Assembly: GCA_012295275.1 (NCBI GenBank)
Contig: CM022665.1
Coordinates: forward strand, 7,564,001-7,628,000
Reading direction: 5' to 3'
Source: Chrysomallon squamiferum
Lineage: Eukaryota > Animalia > Mollusca
DNA length: 64,000 nucleotides
In this document: positions 1 to 11,434 of the stretch, one piece after another
Position numbering within the stretch: the stretch's first letter is position 1
Layout of the letters: each line of letters starts with the position of its first letter
Position numbers and translations under genes: made by a program
Notes under the pieces: generated by a model
Databases searched by the model: none
Told to the model about the DNA's origin: nothing
The model's input: the letters and a program-made list of their open reading frames with translations, nothing else

Positions 1-173
1 AAAAAAATAATAATAAAAAAGTTAACAAAACACAAAAACCACTACATATATACATGCACATAAACTACAGTAGACGAAAAGCAAAATAAAAAAGTAAATA
101 AATAAAGGCAGGAATTCCATTCCTCTAAACTGCTACTAAATTGCACTTGTTTCAGTGTCCATCATATATTAAT

Positions 174-718
174 TTCGTGTATTTCTATCCTGAAACTATT
201 AATTGCCTCAAAAGTATAAGGACTCAATTCTTATAATTACTGTATGGTGTTATAATGATTCGCTGCTACAAATATAATGTTTTTTTCTGAAATAAAAACG
301 AATTCTTCAGATGCATTTTTTCTTCTATATTCGCTGGGGAAACGTTGATTAACTGAACATTTATATTTCCTTTTTATACGAAAGTATCATTTCAACAATA
401 AACAGCAACACGAGTCGAAACGTGACTCAGTCTGTATTGGACACAAGCAAATTAAAATAGTAACACTCGTCTTTCTTCTCACTACCGACCTACGCGAACA
501 CACACTTGATTTCACCTATGACTTTAAATTACGAAACTCGTGTTTCCGATTTGTAATCCACTACCTAAAAAGGATAAGTGGGCGAACATCATCGTGAAAT
601 TCCTGGAAAATGTATTTCCAATTTTCGCCTTATTTCGATGACTTCATATTCTATTTATTAGAGGTGTTATATGTTAGAGGTAATGACCTACATATGTAAA
701 AATTGCCGTTTCTGACAG

Positions 719-755
<37 letters not shown>

Positions 756-1070
756 GTTTGATAATAAATCATAAGCTTAAGTCCAGATTGAATACGATAT
801 ATAAAGTTCCTTATAATTAATTTAATTAGAACAAAAGAAAAATGAAAAAAACAGAAGGCGATAATAAATGAATAAATAATAATAATAATAATTTTATTAA
901 TAATAATAATAATATATTAATAATAATATTAATATTAATAATAATAATAATATTAATAATAATAATAATAATTATAATAATAAAATTATTATTATTATTA
1001 CTGTTGTTGTTGTTGCTGCTGTTGTATGATAATACATTAATTTATCCGCAATAATGTCTTAAAACAAATC
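174..1070 (+). repeat. Copy A of a local direct duplication (partner about 4878-5529)
   Basis: Colinear near-identical blocks: tgtatttctatcctgaaactattaattg; ttttcgccttatttcgatgacttcatattctatttattagag; gtccagattgaatacgatatataaagttccttataattaatttaattagaacaaaagaaaaa; tatgataatacattaatttatc.gcaataatgtcttaaaacaaatc. Confidence 0.9.
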
Positions 1071-1559
1071 TGAATGAATGAATGAATAAATATTAATGAA
1101 TGTTTGCTATAAGTTTTTTGTTCTCGAGTATAGGCCATAATTCAAACAATAAAAAGGTTATATTTAGATACGGCAAACACTTACCTCTGATAATATAAAC
1201 CTGCCAAAAAAGATGACCTTCAGAGAGCTTAGAAAGTCAAATGTTTCGTGGTCTTTGCCTTCCAACCCAGAAATATATTTCTGTAATAAGATATGACTTA
1301 ATATTTAATGGCTCAGAACAGATTTTAATATTAACAAGATTATATACAAACATAAAGTTTTTATATGATAATTATATGAAACAGAGAATCACTGTTGTAA
1401 CTACTGCTATCGATTAGTAGGAAGTCGTTTCATTTATGTACCTATCCATAAACAGGAAAACACTGGCTTAGATAATACAGTTGTTCTGTACCGGCTTTAA
1501 CGGTGAATATGACACGTTTTAAATGCACAGTTAATGGATTGATACATTATGTGATGACA

Positions 1560-1720
1560 AACAAAACTCGCCGTCGAGTTGTGTGAGGCTACTCTCTTGT
1601 GATCAAAAGCAAGGGATCTTTTGTGTGAAATTTCTCAACGACAGGAAAACACATACCACAGCCTTTTGTTTGTCACGTCAAGCAGTACAAGCTGGAGCGG
1701 GAAAACGCCAAAATGAGAAC
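1560..1720 (+). mobile_element. Degenerate copy of a short interspersed repeat family (related inverted copy at about 22890-22970)
   Basis: acagg...cacataccacagcctttt...gctggagcgggaaa matches the reverse complement of 22890-22955 (acagg...cacataccacggcattt...gctgagactggaaa). Confidence 0.5.
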
Positions 1721-2360
1721 TCTTGATTGTGAATGTCAGGCATGGAACTGATATAAATTATTTTAAAGAAAAAGGGTAGAAGAAAGAACGAAAGGCAGAA
1801 AGAAAGAAAGAAAGAAAGAAAGAATAGAAGAAAGTATAAGAAAAGATAACTGTTTTAAAAAAACACAATTTACCGTTTCGTTGTGCTTTTTTTTTTTTTT
1901 TCATTTTTCTAAACACCTGATGACTGCATTCGAAAAATAAAATAACCTGAACCTCTAAGTGAAAAAAAGAAACGTATACCTGCAGTTAACCACTACTGAG
2001 TCAAATACTAAGAAAACTGTCAATAATTCGAGGAAAGTGGGTCATCGTATTTTTAGTAAATGACACATCGAGATAAAATACCTGTCTACCTCTACCTGAC
2101 TACCTCTATAATAGACTATATAATTCATATATATTACAGTTCGCCAGACATTAATTACATTTTGTAAATGACAGCTACCTGTATCGAACGTTAATCGTCG
2201 ATTAAATCATAGTACAGTTACAGATTATGTATTCAGTACGTTGACATAACAGTGTCATGACAATTCATCCACATTAACAGTGTCATGACAATTCATCCAC
2301 ATACTCTTTTGCATTAAAAAACAAAGAAAAACAAACAATACTAAATAAAAAAAAAAAATG

Positions 2361-2393
<33 letters not shown>

Positions 2394-4138
2394 GCAAAAG
2401 AAAAGCAGTAACTGAACCCGTGTGTTTCGGCTGTGTGTCATATTTAACACCAAATGAAATACATACAACTGTAAAGTCGGCAAACTAAATTAAAAATTAA
2501 AAAATTAAATAATAAAGAATTAATAAATTAAAAATAAAATAAAATAAAAAGCCACATTGTGACATACTTGTGTCATATGCAGCCATTAACAGAGACTATA
2601 CGTACCTGTTCCTTGAGTTCCGCTTTCTACGCTTTCGTCGACCTGCCTCTTCGTTATACCAGTCTCTTTATAGTTATGTTGTTACTCAACGGCTGTCATG
2701 TATCGATTAACAGGAAAACCGGAAAACTTGAAACTCCTCAGTGGGCGGGTTTCTCAGAAATCAGGTTTTGTTTAGGTAAAAAATCTTCACTACTCGCTGT
2801 TATCCGAAATCACGAACAGTCTCCGTGTCACGGTCTAGGAAAACCCTGAGAAGTGGGTGAGAGGATTATCAACAGTCACCATCCAGTCCGTTTAAACATT
2901 AAAGTGTGTTGTCCTAATCTCTGCACAATAAAATGTGTTTTTGGTTAATTTGCTATGTTTATTTAAGTCTGATTTGATAAAATTCCTTTAAAAAACCCCC
3001 AAAGAAACAACAGCAACAAGTCTTTGGATTTTACTGATTTTTTAATATTTTATTTCATTGCGCATATATACATGTATGTATGCACACATACACAACAACC
3101 GGTTACTGCAAAGGTGGTGAAACGGCCTATGTCCTTTATTGTCACTGCGCATAAATACATAGTTTACATTACTATCGCGGATTTTTCAAAGCCAGCAAAA
3201 ATATCAGTTTTTACCATTATCACATTTTGCAAAATGTTTACTAACATTTGTAACTGATCAAAATGTATCGATTTAGTACTGTTCCTTAGAATAAAGAGAA
3301 ACGGATAAATACCTAAAATATATTTGTCTTGCTTTATGTTAGATGGGACCATCTGTCTTTTCTTTCTTTTTTTCCCCTCATTTATGATTGGTTGTTTTTT
3401 TCGTAGTATTTATCTGTTCATTTGATTTTTCTCTGGTTGTGGCAATGCCTTGAGAATAAATATTGGAACTGATAATGGAATAAGTGTGTTTAATTAGTGT
3501 CAGTGGGGAAAAATTAATTTTATGTTTGAAACTTGGTTCAGAATATACTGTATACTTAACTGCATAGCAGATCGCTCAGTAGAAATTTCTTATCTCAGTC
3601 TCCTCTTTGGTTTGATTTTTTTTGTTTCATAAAGACCACTCCCACATTGAGACAGGCTCTCATTTCCCCCCCCCCCCCAAAGTCACTTCTTAAATCTTAG
3701 CCAAGTGAAATTCAACTTCTATTCCATTTACATTTACATCATCGTACTCTGCATGTAAAGTGTTATTACAGTATAACTCATTATCCATTCAGTTTTTGTC
3801 CATACGTTCAGGAGGAAATGGTACACAATAATTCATCTTCATTACTATATAGCCTTTACTAGCACTAAGATTTTATATAAAACTGCAATTTTTATCTCAT
3901 TCAGCATACAAAAAAATATAAAAATAAAAGAAAAGAAGTCGCGAACACTATGGATTTAAACGATAGAAACAAATATTTAAGGCCACATTTTTTTGAAGAA
4001 TTTTTATTTTATTTTACTTGAATACATAACATTTCCATCAGTATGTACTGATTGCAATCTCAACATAGAAGAATACAAATAACAGTATTTTAGTTACGTA
4101 ACATGCATACGTGTTATAAAACACTCTTCGACTTTTCT

Positions 4139-4773
4139 TACAGGCCGTCTGGCTCGAATACCTGCCTCGCGCACTGTCTGAGCCGATATTCTACGCAGAC
4201 CTGGTATTGCTGAAGCAGTAGAGATTGCCGTGGTGGTTCTTTCCCGTAGATGAAGTACCCGTATGTAGTGGTCCTGGGCCCTGGTGTTGCACGTGGTCTA
4301 TCTGATCTGGGACGGTCACGTGTTTGGTGTTGATGGAACTGATACCACAATCTCAAGATGGTGCTTGGGGATACATGGAACACCCGGCCGAGAAGGATTC
4401 GCCAGCTTGTAAACGGCCGATGGCGTTGTTTCGTTGTGGTTCACTCAGTCGTGGCATTTGTTTGACGTTGGGTCAGAACAAAAATAACGAACAGAAGCAT
4501 TCGTAAACCTTGCATTTCTATAACCCTCGTATTCAAGTTTCATGTCCCGCACGTGCACATGCACTGGTAACGTGGTTTGCATGCGGGGACATTTTGGCTA
4601 ATAAACACGATCATAGCCTTTATTTTGTGTTACCTGCTTTTTGGTGACTAACAAAAGTTATACGTTTGAATCACCAAATGTCATTATATTCATAGTTTGT
4701 ACATCGATATGTGTCAGTTATCTACAATAGTTATCTAAGAAATCAACCATTTTGCGTTTCTTTTTTGGGAGTG
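4139..4773 (-). mobile_element. Truncated Tc1/mariner (Tc1-like) DNA transposon: one terminus plus frameshifted transposase N-terminus
   Basis: The minus-strand ATG at 4457 reads MPRLSEPQRNNAIGRLQAGES, then shifts frame into FHVSPSTILRLW...DRPRSDRPRAT (paired-like HTH with a GRPR-like linker). A terminal sequence TA|CACTCCCAAAAAAGAAACGCA lies at about 4753-4775. The DDE domain and second TIR are absent. Confidence 0.8.
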
Positions 4774-4877
4774 TATATATTATCTGGTGCTACCAATTTG
4801 TACAACCTTCTCTGATACTTTGGTTTAGGTCTTACGTGACTGTTTTTATTTATTTATTATTATTTTACAAATCTAGT

Positions 4878-5529
4878 TTCATGTATTTCTATCCTGAAAC
4901 TATTAATTGTCTCAAAAATATAAGGACACAATTTGTATAATTACCCTGTGGTGTTATAATGATCTGCTTTTGTTTTCTTTTTTTTTTTTTTTTTTTTGAA
5001 TTACGAAACCCGGATGCTATCTAGATATTTAACTGCCATTCACGGTTCCTGTGTTCCCGATTCGTAATCTGTTACGTAAAAAGGATAAGTAGGCGTAAAT
5101 TCCTGGAACATTTATTACCAGTTTTCGCCTTATTTCGATGACTTCATATTCTATTTATTAGAGATATTATATATTAGAGGTAATGTTCTATTCATCACCT
5201 TATTTTTTTATTTTTTTGTTTTTTAAAATTTGTCTGAAAATATATCAGAAGCATATGTCCAGATTGAATACGATATATAAAGTTCCTTATAATTAATTTA
5301 ATTAGAACAAAAGAAAAAAGAAACAGAAGGCGATAATAAATAAATAAATAAATAAATAATAACAATAATAATAATAATTATAATAATAATAGCTAAGAAA
5401 TGAATGGTTTGAGAAGCTTCTTGTTCTTTTTTTTTTTAAATTATTATTCTTATTGTAGTTGTTGTTGTTGCTGTTGTTGTTCTATGATAATACATTAATT
5501 TATCTGCAATAATGTCTTAAAACAAATCT
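4878..5529 (+). repeat. Copy B of the local direct duplication (partner about 174-1070)
   Basis: The same blocks occur in the same order as copy A, with an internal segment of about 200 bp missing and different microsatellite lengths. Confidence 0.9.
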
Positions 5530-6317
5530 CTTCTAAATCTTTTCGAGATCATTTCACTCTGATTAATATGATGTCAAAACCATATTTGTTGTACTAGCAG
5601 AAGGAAAGTTATGAATTTTCAAGGATTTAACCTTTTAAGGTGAATGGTCTCGCGCAAATGAATAATTTTACCAGCTTAGGCTTCGTGTAACAATGTATGC
5701 GTACTTTGTATAGCTATATTTGCAACACATAGTATGACATTTTACGAACACGTTCCCACGACTGTCAAAAATACACAACGACTACAAGTCACGCAACATT
5801 TGAAATGAGTATTGTTTCATGGTCTTGAGGTAACGTATTTTAACTATCGGGATCAATCTTTTTTTAATTTACTCAGCTGGAAATTGCAAAGTATTGTTAT
5901 GTGTACCGCTATCAGATCTTATCTGGAAAATATATAAATGTTATGCCTGAATGATAATAATAATGATGATGATGATGATGATGATGATAACGGTGATTAT
6001 GATGATGACGATGATGCTAATAAATATTGTTGTTATAATACATAATTATATATATTCTACATTAATTAATCAACAAACCGATCTAACCATCCATGTGTCA
6101 TCCATCCACCCATTGAACTATCAGTCAGTACGTACGTATAGTGAGCAGGCAGTGCGCCACAGGGGCGATTTTGGTTGGGGCGCAAAATTCTTAGGGCTCA
6201 TTACTGGACTGGTGGACTCGGAGAGGACTAACGTCCACGGGTTATGGGACGCAATTCTCGCCTTGGCCTGGACGTTGGCAAGCCACGCTACGTAGTTGCA
6301 TACACACATACATACAC

Positions 6318-6718
6318 AAAATGTCAAGTTCTTTCGGAAAATGAAAAGTAGTCTACTTTATTTTGAAAATGTCCAGCAGTCTACTTTATTTTGAAAATGT
6401 AAAGTGGTCAGTTGTTGTTTTTTTGTCGAAAATGTCAAGTACAGTCTAGTTTATTTTGAAAATGTAAAGCGGTCAGTTTTTTCTTGTCGAAAATGTCAAG
6501 TACAGTCTACTTTCTTTTTGAAAGTGTTAAGTACAGTCTACTTTCTTTTTGAAAGTGTCAAGTACAGTCTACTTTCTTTTTGAAAATGTTAAGTACAGTC
6601 TACTTTCTTTTTGAAAGTGTTAAGTACAGTCTACTTTCTTTTTGAAAATGTAAAGTGCAGTCTGTTAATTGCTTGAAAATGTAAAGTGCAGTCTGTTAAT
6701 TGCTTGAAAATGTCACGT
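6318..6718. repeat. Minisatellite, about 27-31 bp unit (aaaatgtcaagtacagtctactttctttttg-like)
   Basis: More than ten variant tandem units are directly visible. Confidence 0.9.
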
Positions 6719-6784
6719 TCGTGCTATATAGATATATCCAAAACGAATGTAGATCTATCTCTCTACGTGACATTTTCAATACAT

Positions 6785-6921
<137 letters not shown>

Positions 6922-7324
6922 AAGAAAGACCTACTTTCGTTTTGGATATGTCAGTGACACGTGCACTCAGTTTTCAGTACATTTGAAGTGCAAATACAGC
7001 TCATGGTGTACTTAAGTACAGAACTAATCCAGAACCTTTGTACTTAATCCCATTTCTGTTATTTGTATGTGCGTGCGTGCGCGTATGTAATAATATTAGT
7101 TATTTTCAATGTCATTTTTAATGAGAAATGCTAAATAACAATAATAACAACAAAATGTTGTGTAATCTAATACTTATAATTGCATTTTATTGTTTCATTG
7201 GAAGTATATATTTTGGTGAAGATATTTTTATTTTATAAAATCTACTTTTTCTGAATTCCATATATACCTAAATTTCAGGAAGGTGAGTAAAATAATTTGG
7301 TCAATTTTTTTATTTTACATATAA

Positions 7325-7327
<3 letters not shown>

Positions 7328-7398
<71 letters not shown>
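7328..7398. repeat. (CT)n microsatellite
   Basis: Directly visible. Confidence 0.95.
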
Positions 7399-7401
<3 letters not shown>

Positions 7402-7618
7402 GTTTAGACAGAATGCAGAATATTCATTACGAAAATGTAATGTAATAATATTATAATTGCCAATTTTTACTTCGCAATTATCTGTTGCAGTTTTTCGTGA
7501 AATACTGTGCATATGTATATCTGTGTGTGTGTGTGTGTGTGTTTGTGTGTGTGTGAGTGTGAGTGTGTGAGTATTAATAATTAATATAATTCATTAATTA
7601 ATCGATTCATTTACACAG

Positions 7619-7706
7619 ATGTCGCCAGTCGGTTTCGTTATTATTTTGTGTGTGTGTGCAAGCGTTGCTGACTCAAGGTCTACATCTTCGCAGATAAAGG
7701 CGAAAG
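7619..7706 (+). CDS. TSR-CBM14 gene coding exon 1 (signal peptide)
   Basis: Acceptor ttacacag is immediately followed by ATG. It reads [29 protein letters not shown]. Donor AAAG|gtacat gives phase 1, matching the next exon. Confidence 0.7.
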
Positions 7707-7798
7707 GTACATCGAGATCTAAGTTACTATCTTATAAGTATATTCATTTTAACTGTTGACAACAGCTTGTCAGCCTGCATCGTTCATTAACAATAAAA

Positions 7799-7846
<48 letters not shown>

Positions 7847-7900
7847 AATAATAAGCTGAATAAAATAAATAAAAAAAAATAAAAATAAAAATAAAAATAA

Positions 7901-7932
<32 letters not shown>

Positions 7933-8081
7933 TAATAATAAATAAAATAAAATAAATAATAAATAAATATAATAATAGCAACAACAACAACAATAATAAT
8001 AATAATAAATAATAATAATAAATAAAATAAAATAAATAATAAATAAATATAATAATGGCAACAACAACAACAATAATAATA

Positions 8082-8123
<42 letters not shown>

Positions 8124-9461
8124 AATTTAACAATAACAACAACAACAATAATAATAATAAATAAATAAATAATAATAAATATAATAATAATAATAAATAA
8201 ATATAATTACAATAACAACAACAACAACAGTAATAAGAAAAGTTTTTTTTAAAAAGGCTCAAACAATAAAAATAAATTTCATTTTAGTATATGAAAACGG
8301 CAAACAGGCTTGGAAAGAGCCTTCGTTGTTTTCTGAAAACGTTACTAAATAACAGTTTACGTTATTTTTTTCTGAGAAACGGTCTTTATCTTCTGTGCAG
8401 GCCCTAGTAAATGGTCGACATGGGGAAGTTGGCGTACATTTGGTCGGTGTGACAGCGCATGTGGTGGCCTGTCGCTTAGAATTCGTACCAGAAGGTGTCT
8501 GTCTTTGAACACAAGAACGGGACGAAGACGATGTATTGGTCCCAGCACTCAGCTGCACAAGATTCGGTGTAACCGGAAAACAGATTCTACAAGTAACCCG
8601 ACATCAGCAGTAGTAGTAATAGTACTAGTAATAGCAATAGCAGCAGCAGCAGCAGCAGTAGTCGTAGTAGTAGTAGTAGTAGTACGTGTAGTAGTGGTGG
8701 TGATAGTAGTAATAGTAGTAATAGCAATAATTCAAATAATAACTATAATTGATATTGTAATTAAACTACTACTAATGCTATTGTTAGCTGAGATTGTAAT
8801 TGTTATTGTAACTGTAGTAGTTGTAGTGTAAGTAATAGTAGTAATAGCAGTAGACGTTTTCATGGTAGTAACTGTACTAATAGCAGTAGTATTATAATAG
8901 TATTTGTAATTGTATTTGTTGTAGTTGTAGTTTCGGTATTAACTTCCTTTTGTAGGACAGGATAACATTTGGCTTTGCAGTTAGTATATGGCTGAAGTAA
9001 TATTCATTATAGTAGTAGTAGTAGTGGTGATAGTAGTAGTAGAGTAGTAGTAGCAGAAGTAGTAGTAGTAGAAGTAGTAGTAGAAGAAGTGGTAGAAGTA
9101 GTAGTAGAAGTAATAGTAGTAGTTATAGTAATAGCAGGAGTAGTAGTAGTAGACGTTGTAGCAGTAGTAGTAGTAGGAGCAGTAGTAGTTGCATTAGTTT
9201 TCGCACTGGTCGTATTATGATGGCAATACTTTGTTGATTTGATAGTAGTTGTTCTTACTTCTGTGGTAGTAGAACAGTAGTAGATTTTATTGCTGTAAAA
9301 GTATTTGTAATAATTGTAGTAGTTGAAGTAGAATTAGTGTAAATGGCAGTGGTAGTTGCAGAAATAGTAGTAGTATTAGTAACAATACTAGTGTTACGAG
9401 GAAGTGAGTAATAGCAGCAGTAGAAATAACATTCATAGAAGTTATGGTGGTAGTAGTAGCG

Positions 9462-9492
<31 letters not shown>

Positions 9493-10192
9493 CAGTAGTA
9501 GTAGTAGTAGTAGCTGTAGTATTATTAGGAAATCAGGATAATGTTTAGGTTACTATCTCTAGGTTCTCATTTAATGTATATTTTCATTTTATTTTCTTCG
9601 AAATGTTTTCTTTAAGTGAAACATGATGGCCAATGGAACACGTGGAATCACTGGTCGGCTTGGGGTCGCTGTTCGCTTTCATGCGTGAAAAAACACGCGG
9701 GCATTCAGCTGAGACGGCGTGTGAGAGACTGCAATGGGAATGGTGCGTGTGCCGGACACAGGACAAATTATGAACTGCGAATGTGTCTGGCCCCTCGATG
9801 TCCGCAGCCTGGTAAGTAAATATATACGATGTGATACACACGCACACAAAACTAGTTAAAGAGTAACGCATTACGTAAGAACGTCTTATGCCGTTTACTT
9901 ACATATTTCAGTGAATGGTGGGTGGTCTAGGTGGTACAGCTGGAGTAACTATACGCAGTGCTCTAAGTCCTGTGGTGGCGGAATTGCTAAACGAAGTCGG
10001 AGACGATGGTGTACAAACCCCTTACCTGCGCATGGTGGAAGATTCTGCTCTGGTTACGGATATATGACACACTGGAGAAAATGCAACACCGATCCGTGTC
10101 CATGTATGATTTTTATGTGTTTATCATCTGCAGTATATATTATTTGCACACTAGTCTACATTGTTTACTTCTTAGTTACGATTTTATTTATC

Positions 10193-10224
<32 letters not shown>

Positions 10225-11056
10225 TATTATTATCATCGTGATCATCATTAGCATTGTCATTGTTATTATTATTAATTTATCATCATATAACCTTTAGTAT
10301 TATCAACTTCATTATTACTGTTGTTGGTATTGTTGTTGTTGTTTTTATTATTATATCGTAGCTGAAGGACAGTGGTCAGAATGGGGTGACTGGACTGACC
10401 TGGGCGACTGCTTCAGCGACTGTGGGAACGGAACCATGACTCAACAGCGACTGCGGAAGTGCGTCCAAGGAAAGGAACAGCTCAAAGAAAGCAAGTGCAG
10501 CGGAGAGTCGACCCAAACTAAACTTGTTCCGTGTACTGGTGGAGTTTGTTCAGGTGATATTTTTATAAAGCATTGCACTGAATATCTTGCTTTAATGTGT
10601 GTCTAAATGTATGTATATGTGTGTATGTGAGTAAGACCGAATGTATGCACGTATGTACGCGTGTTTGCGTGTATGAAAAAAAATAAAAAAATGCTTATAA
10701 TATTTCTTTTTACAGAAATATGCTCTCCTGGAAGCGAACAGTATTTAGCTCATCCCGACCCACGAATGTTCTACCAGTGTGACAACGGAGTCGCCTACGT
10801 CCACCACTGCGCTTCTGGGACCCGATGGAACCAGACAGAGCTTGCGTGTGTCCATCAGAAGTCGCCAGCTGGCAGACAATTCTCGGATGGATGTCCTCCT
10901 ACCGGAGTTATCTCCCTTCCTCACGAGACGGACTGCAGCAAGTATATTCTCTGCAGCAACGGCGCCTCTAAAGCGATGACGTGCCCAGAGGGTACCAAAT
11001 TTGATGCTGCAAAAGGTCGCTGTAATATTGCCTTCGTCGTCAGCTGTCACAACTAA
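7619..11056 (+). CDS. Secreted thrombospondin type-1 repeat (x4) + chitin-binding CBM14/peritrophin-A (x2) protein; 6 coding exons: 7619-7706, 8401-8592, 9617-9811, 9912-10103, 10362-10553, 10716-11056 (399 aa)
   Basis: All five introns are GT..AG and phase 1, and the exon lengths sum to 1200 nt with no internal stop. The N-terminus [19 protein letters not shown] is signal-peptide-like. Four exons carry WxxWxxW...CxxxC...RxRxC TSR motifs, and the last exon has two peritrophin-A-type Cys patterns. Confidence 0.88.
7792..8235. repeat. (AAAT)n/(AAT)n/(AAC)n low-complexity tract
   Basis: Directly visible; intronic. Confidence 0.9.
8401..8592 (+). CDS. TSR-CBM14 gene exon 2 (TSR 1)
   Basis: Acceptor ttctgtgcag|; reads [32 protein letters not shown]...[21 protein letters not shown]; donor |gtaacc; 192 nt, phase 1-1. 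Confidence 0.85.
8605..9525. repeat. Degenerate (TAG)n/(CAG)n trinucleotide tract filling most of an intron
   Basis: Directly visible. Confidence 0.85.
9617..9811 (+). CDS. TSR-CBM14 gene exon 3 (TSR 2)
   Basis: Acceptor tttctttaag|; reads [22 protein letters not shown]...RRRVRDC...CLAPRCPQP; donor |gtaagt; 195 nt. Confidence 0.9.
9912..10103 (+). CDS. TSR-CBM14 gene exon 4 (TSR 3)
   Basis: Acceptor atttcag|; reads [48 protein letters not shown]...CNTDPCP, a canonical TSR; donor |gtatga; 192 nt. Confidence 0.93.
10362..10553 (+). CDS. TSR-CBM14 gene exon 5 (TSR 4)
   Basis: Acceptor tatcgtag|; reads [33 protein letters not shown]...[20 protein letters not shown]; donor |gtgata; 192 nt. Not in the supplied ORF track. 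Confidence 0.9.
10716..11056 (+). CDS. TSR-CBM14 gene last exon (two chitin-binding peritrophin-A domains)
   Basis: Acceptor tttttacag|; reads ICSPG...[13 protein letters not shown]...CASGTRWN...C and CPPTG...[15 protein letters not shown]...CPEGTKFD...C...C; TAA at 11054-11056. Confidence 0.9.
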
Positions 11057-11163
11057 CCCGAGTTGTTTTTTTCAACAACCATTTCAGACAAGTAATTTGT
11101 TATGTTATAATAACATCTCTTAGCATAAACGAAAAAGCTTTGACCAACTTTCTTCGATTAGCA

Positions 11164-11169
11164 AATAAA
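11164..11169 (+). promoter_or_regulatory. Putative polyadenylation signal of the TSR-CBM14 gene
   Basis: First AATAAA about 110 nt after the stop codon, followed by a T/GT-rich tract (ttctttgttttttt). Confidence 0.55.
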
Positions 11170-11326
11170 AACTTAGAATATTAAAATATTCTTTGTTTTT
11201 TATATCCTTTTGCGACAGTATTAATGACTACGAAAACTGTTGGCTAATTCGATAATTTAGCCTCAAAACTTACAAGAAGAATAACAATAACAAAACAATA
11301 ATTAACAAGTGATCCGTACGTAGAGC

Positions 11327-11361
<35 letters not shown>

Positions 11362-11393
11362 AAATTATTAAAATTCTATTTATACAAAATTTA

Positions 11394-11434
<41 letters not shown>

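Noticed and set aside
8259-11050. Antisense ORFs at 8259-8558, 9584-9871 and 10745-11050
   Set aside because: They are shadows of the GC-richer TSR/CBM14 exons on the opposite strand, with no independent coding signal.
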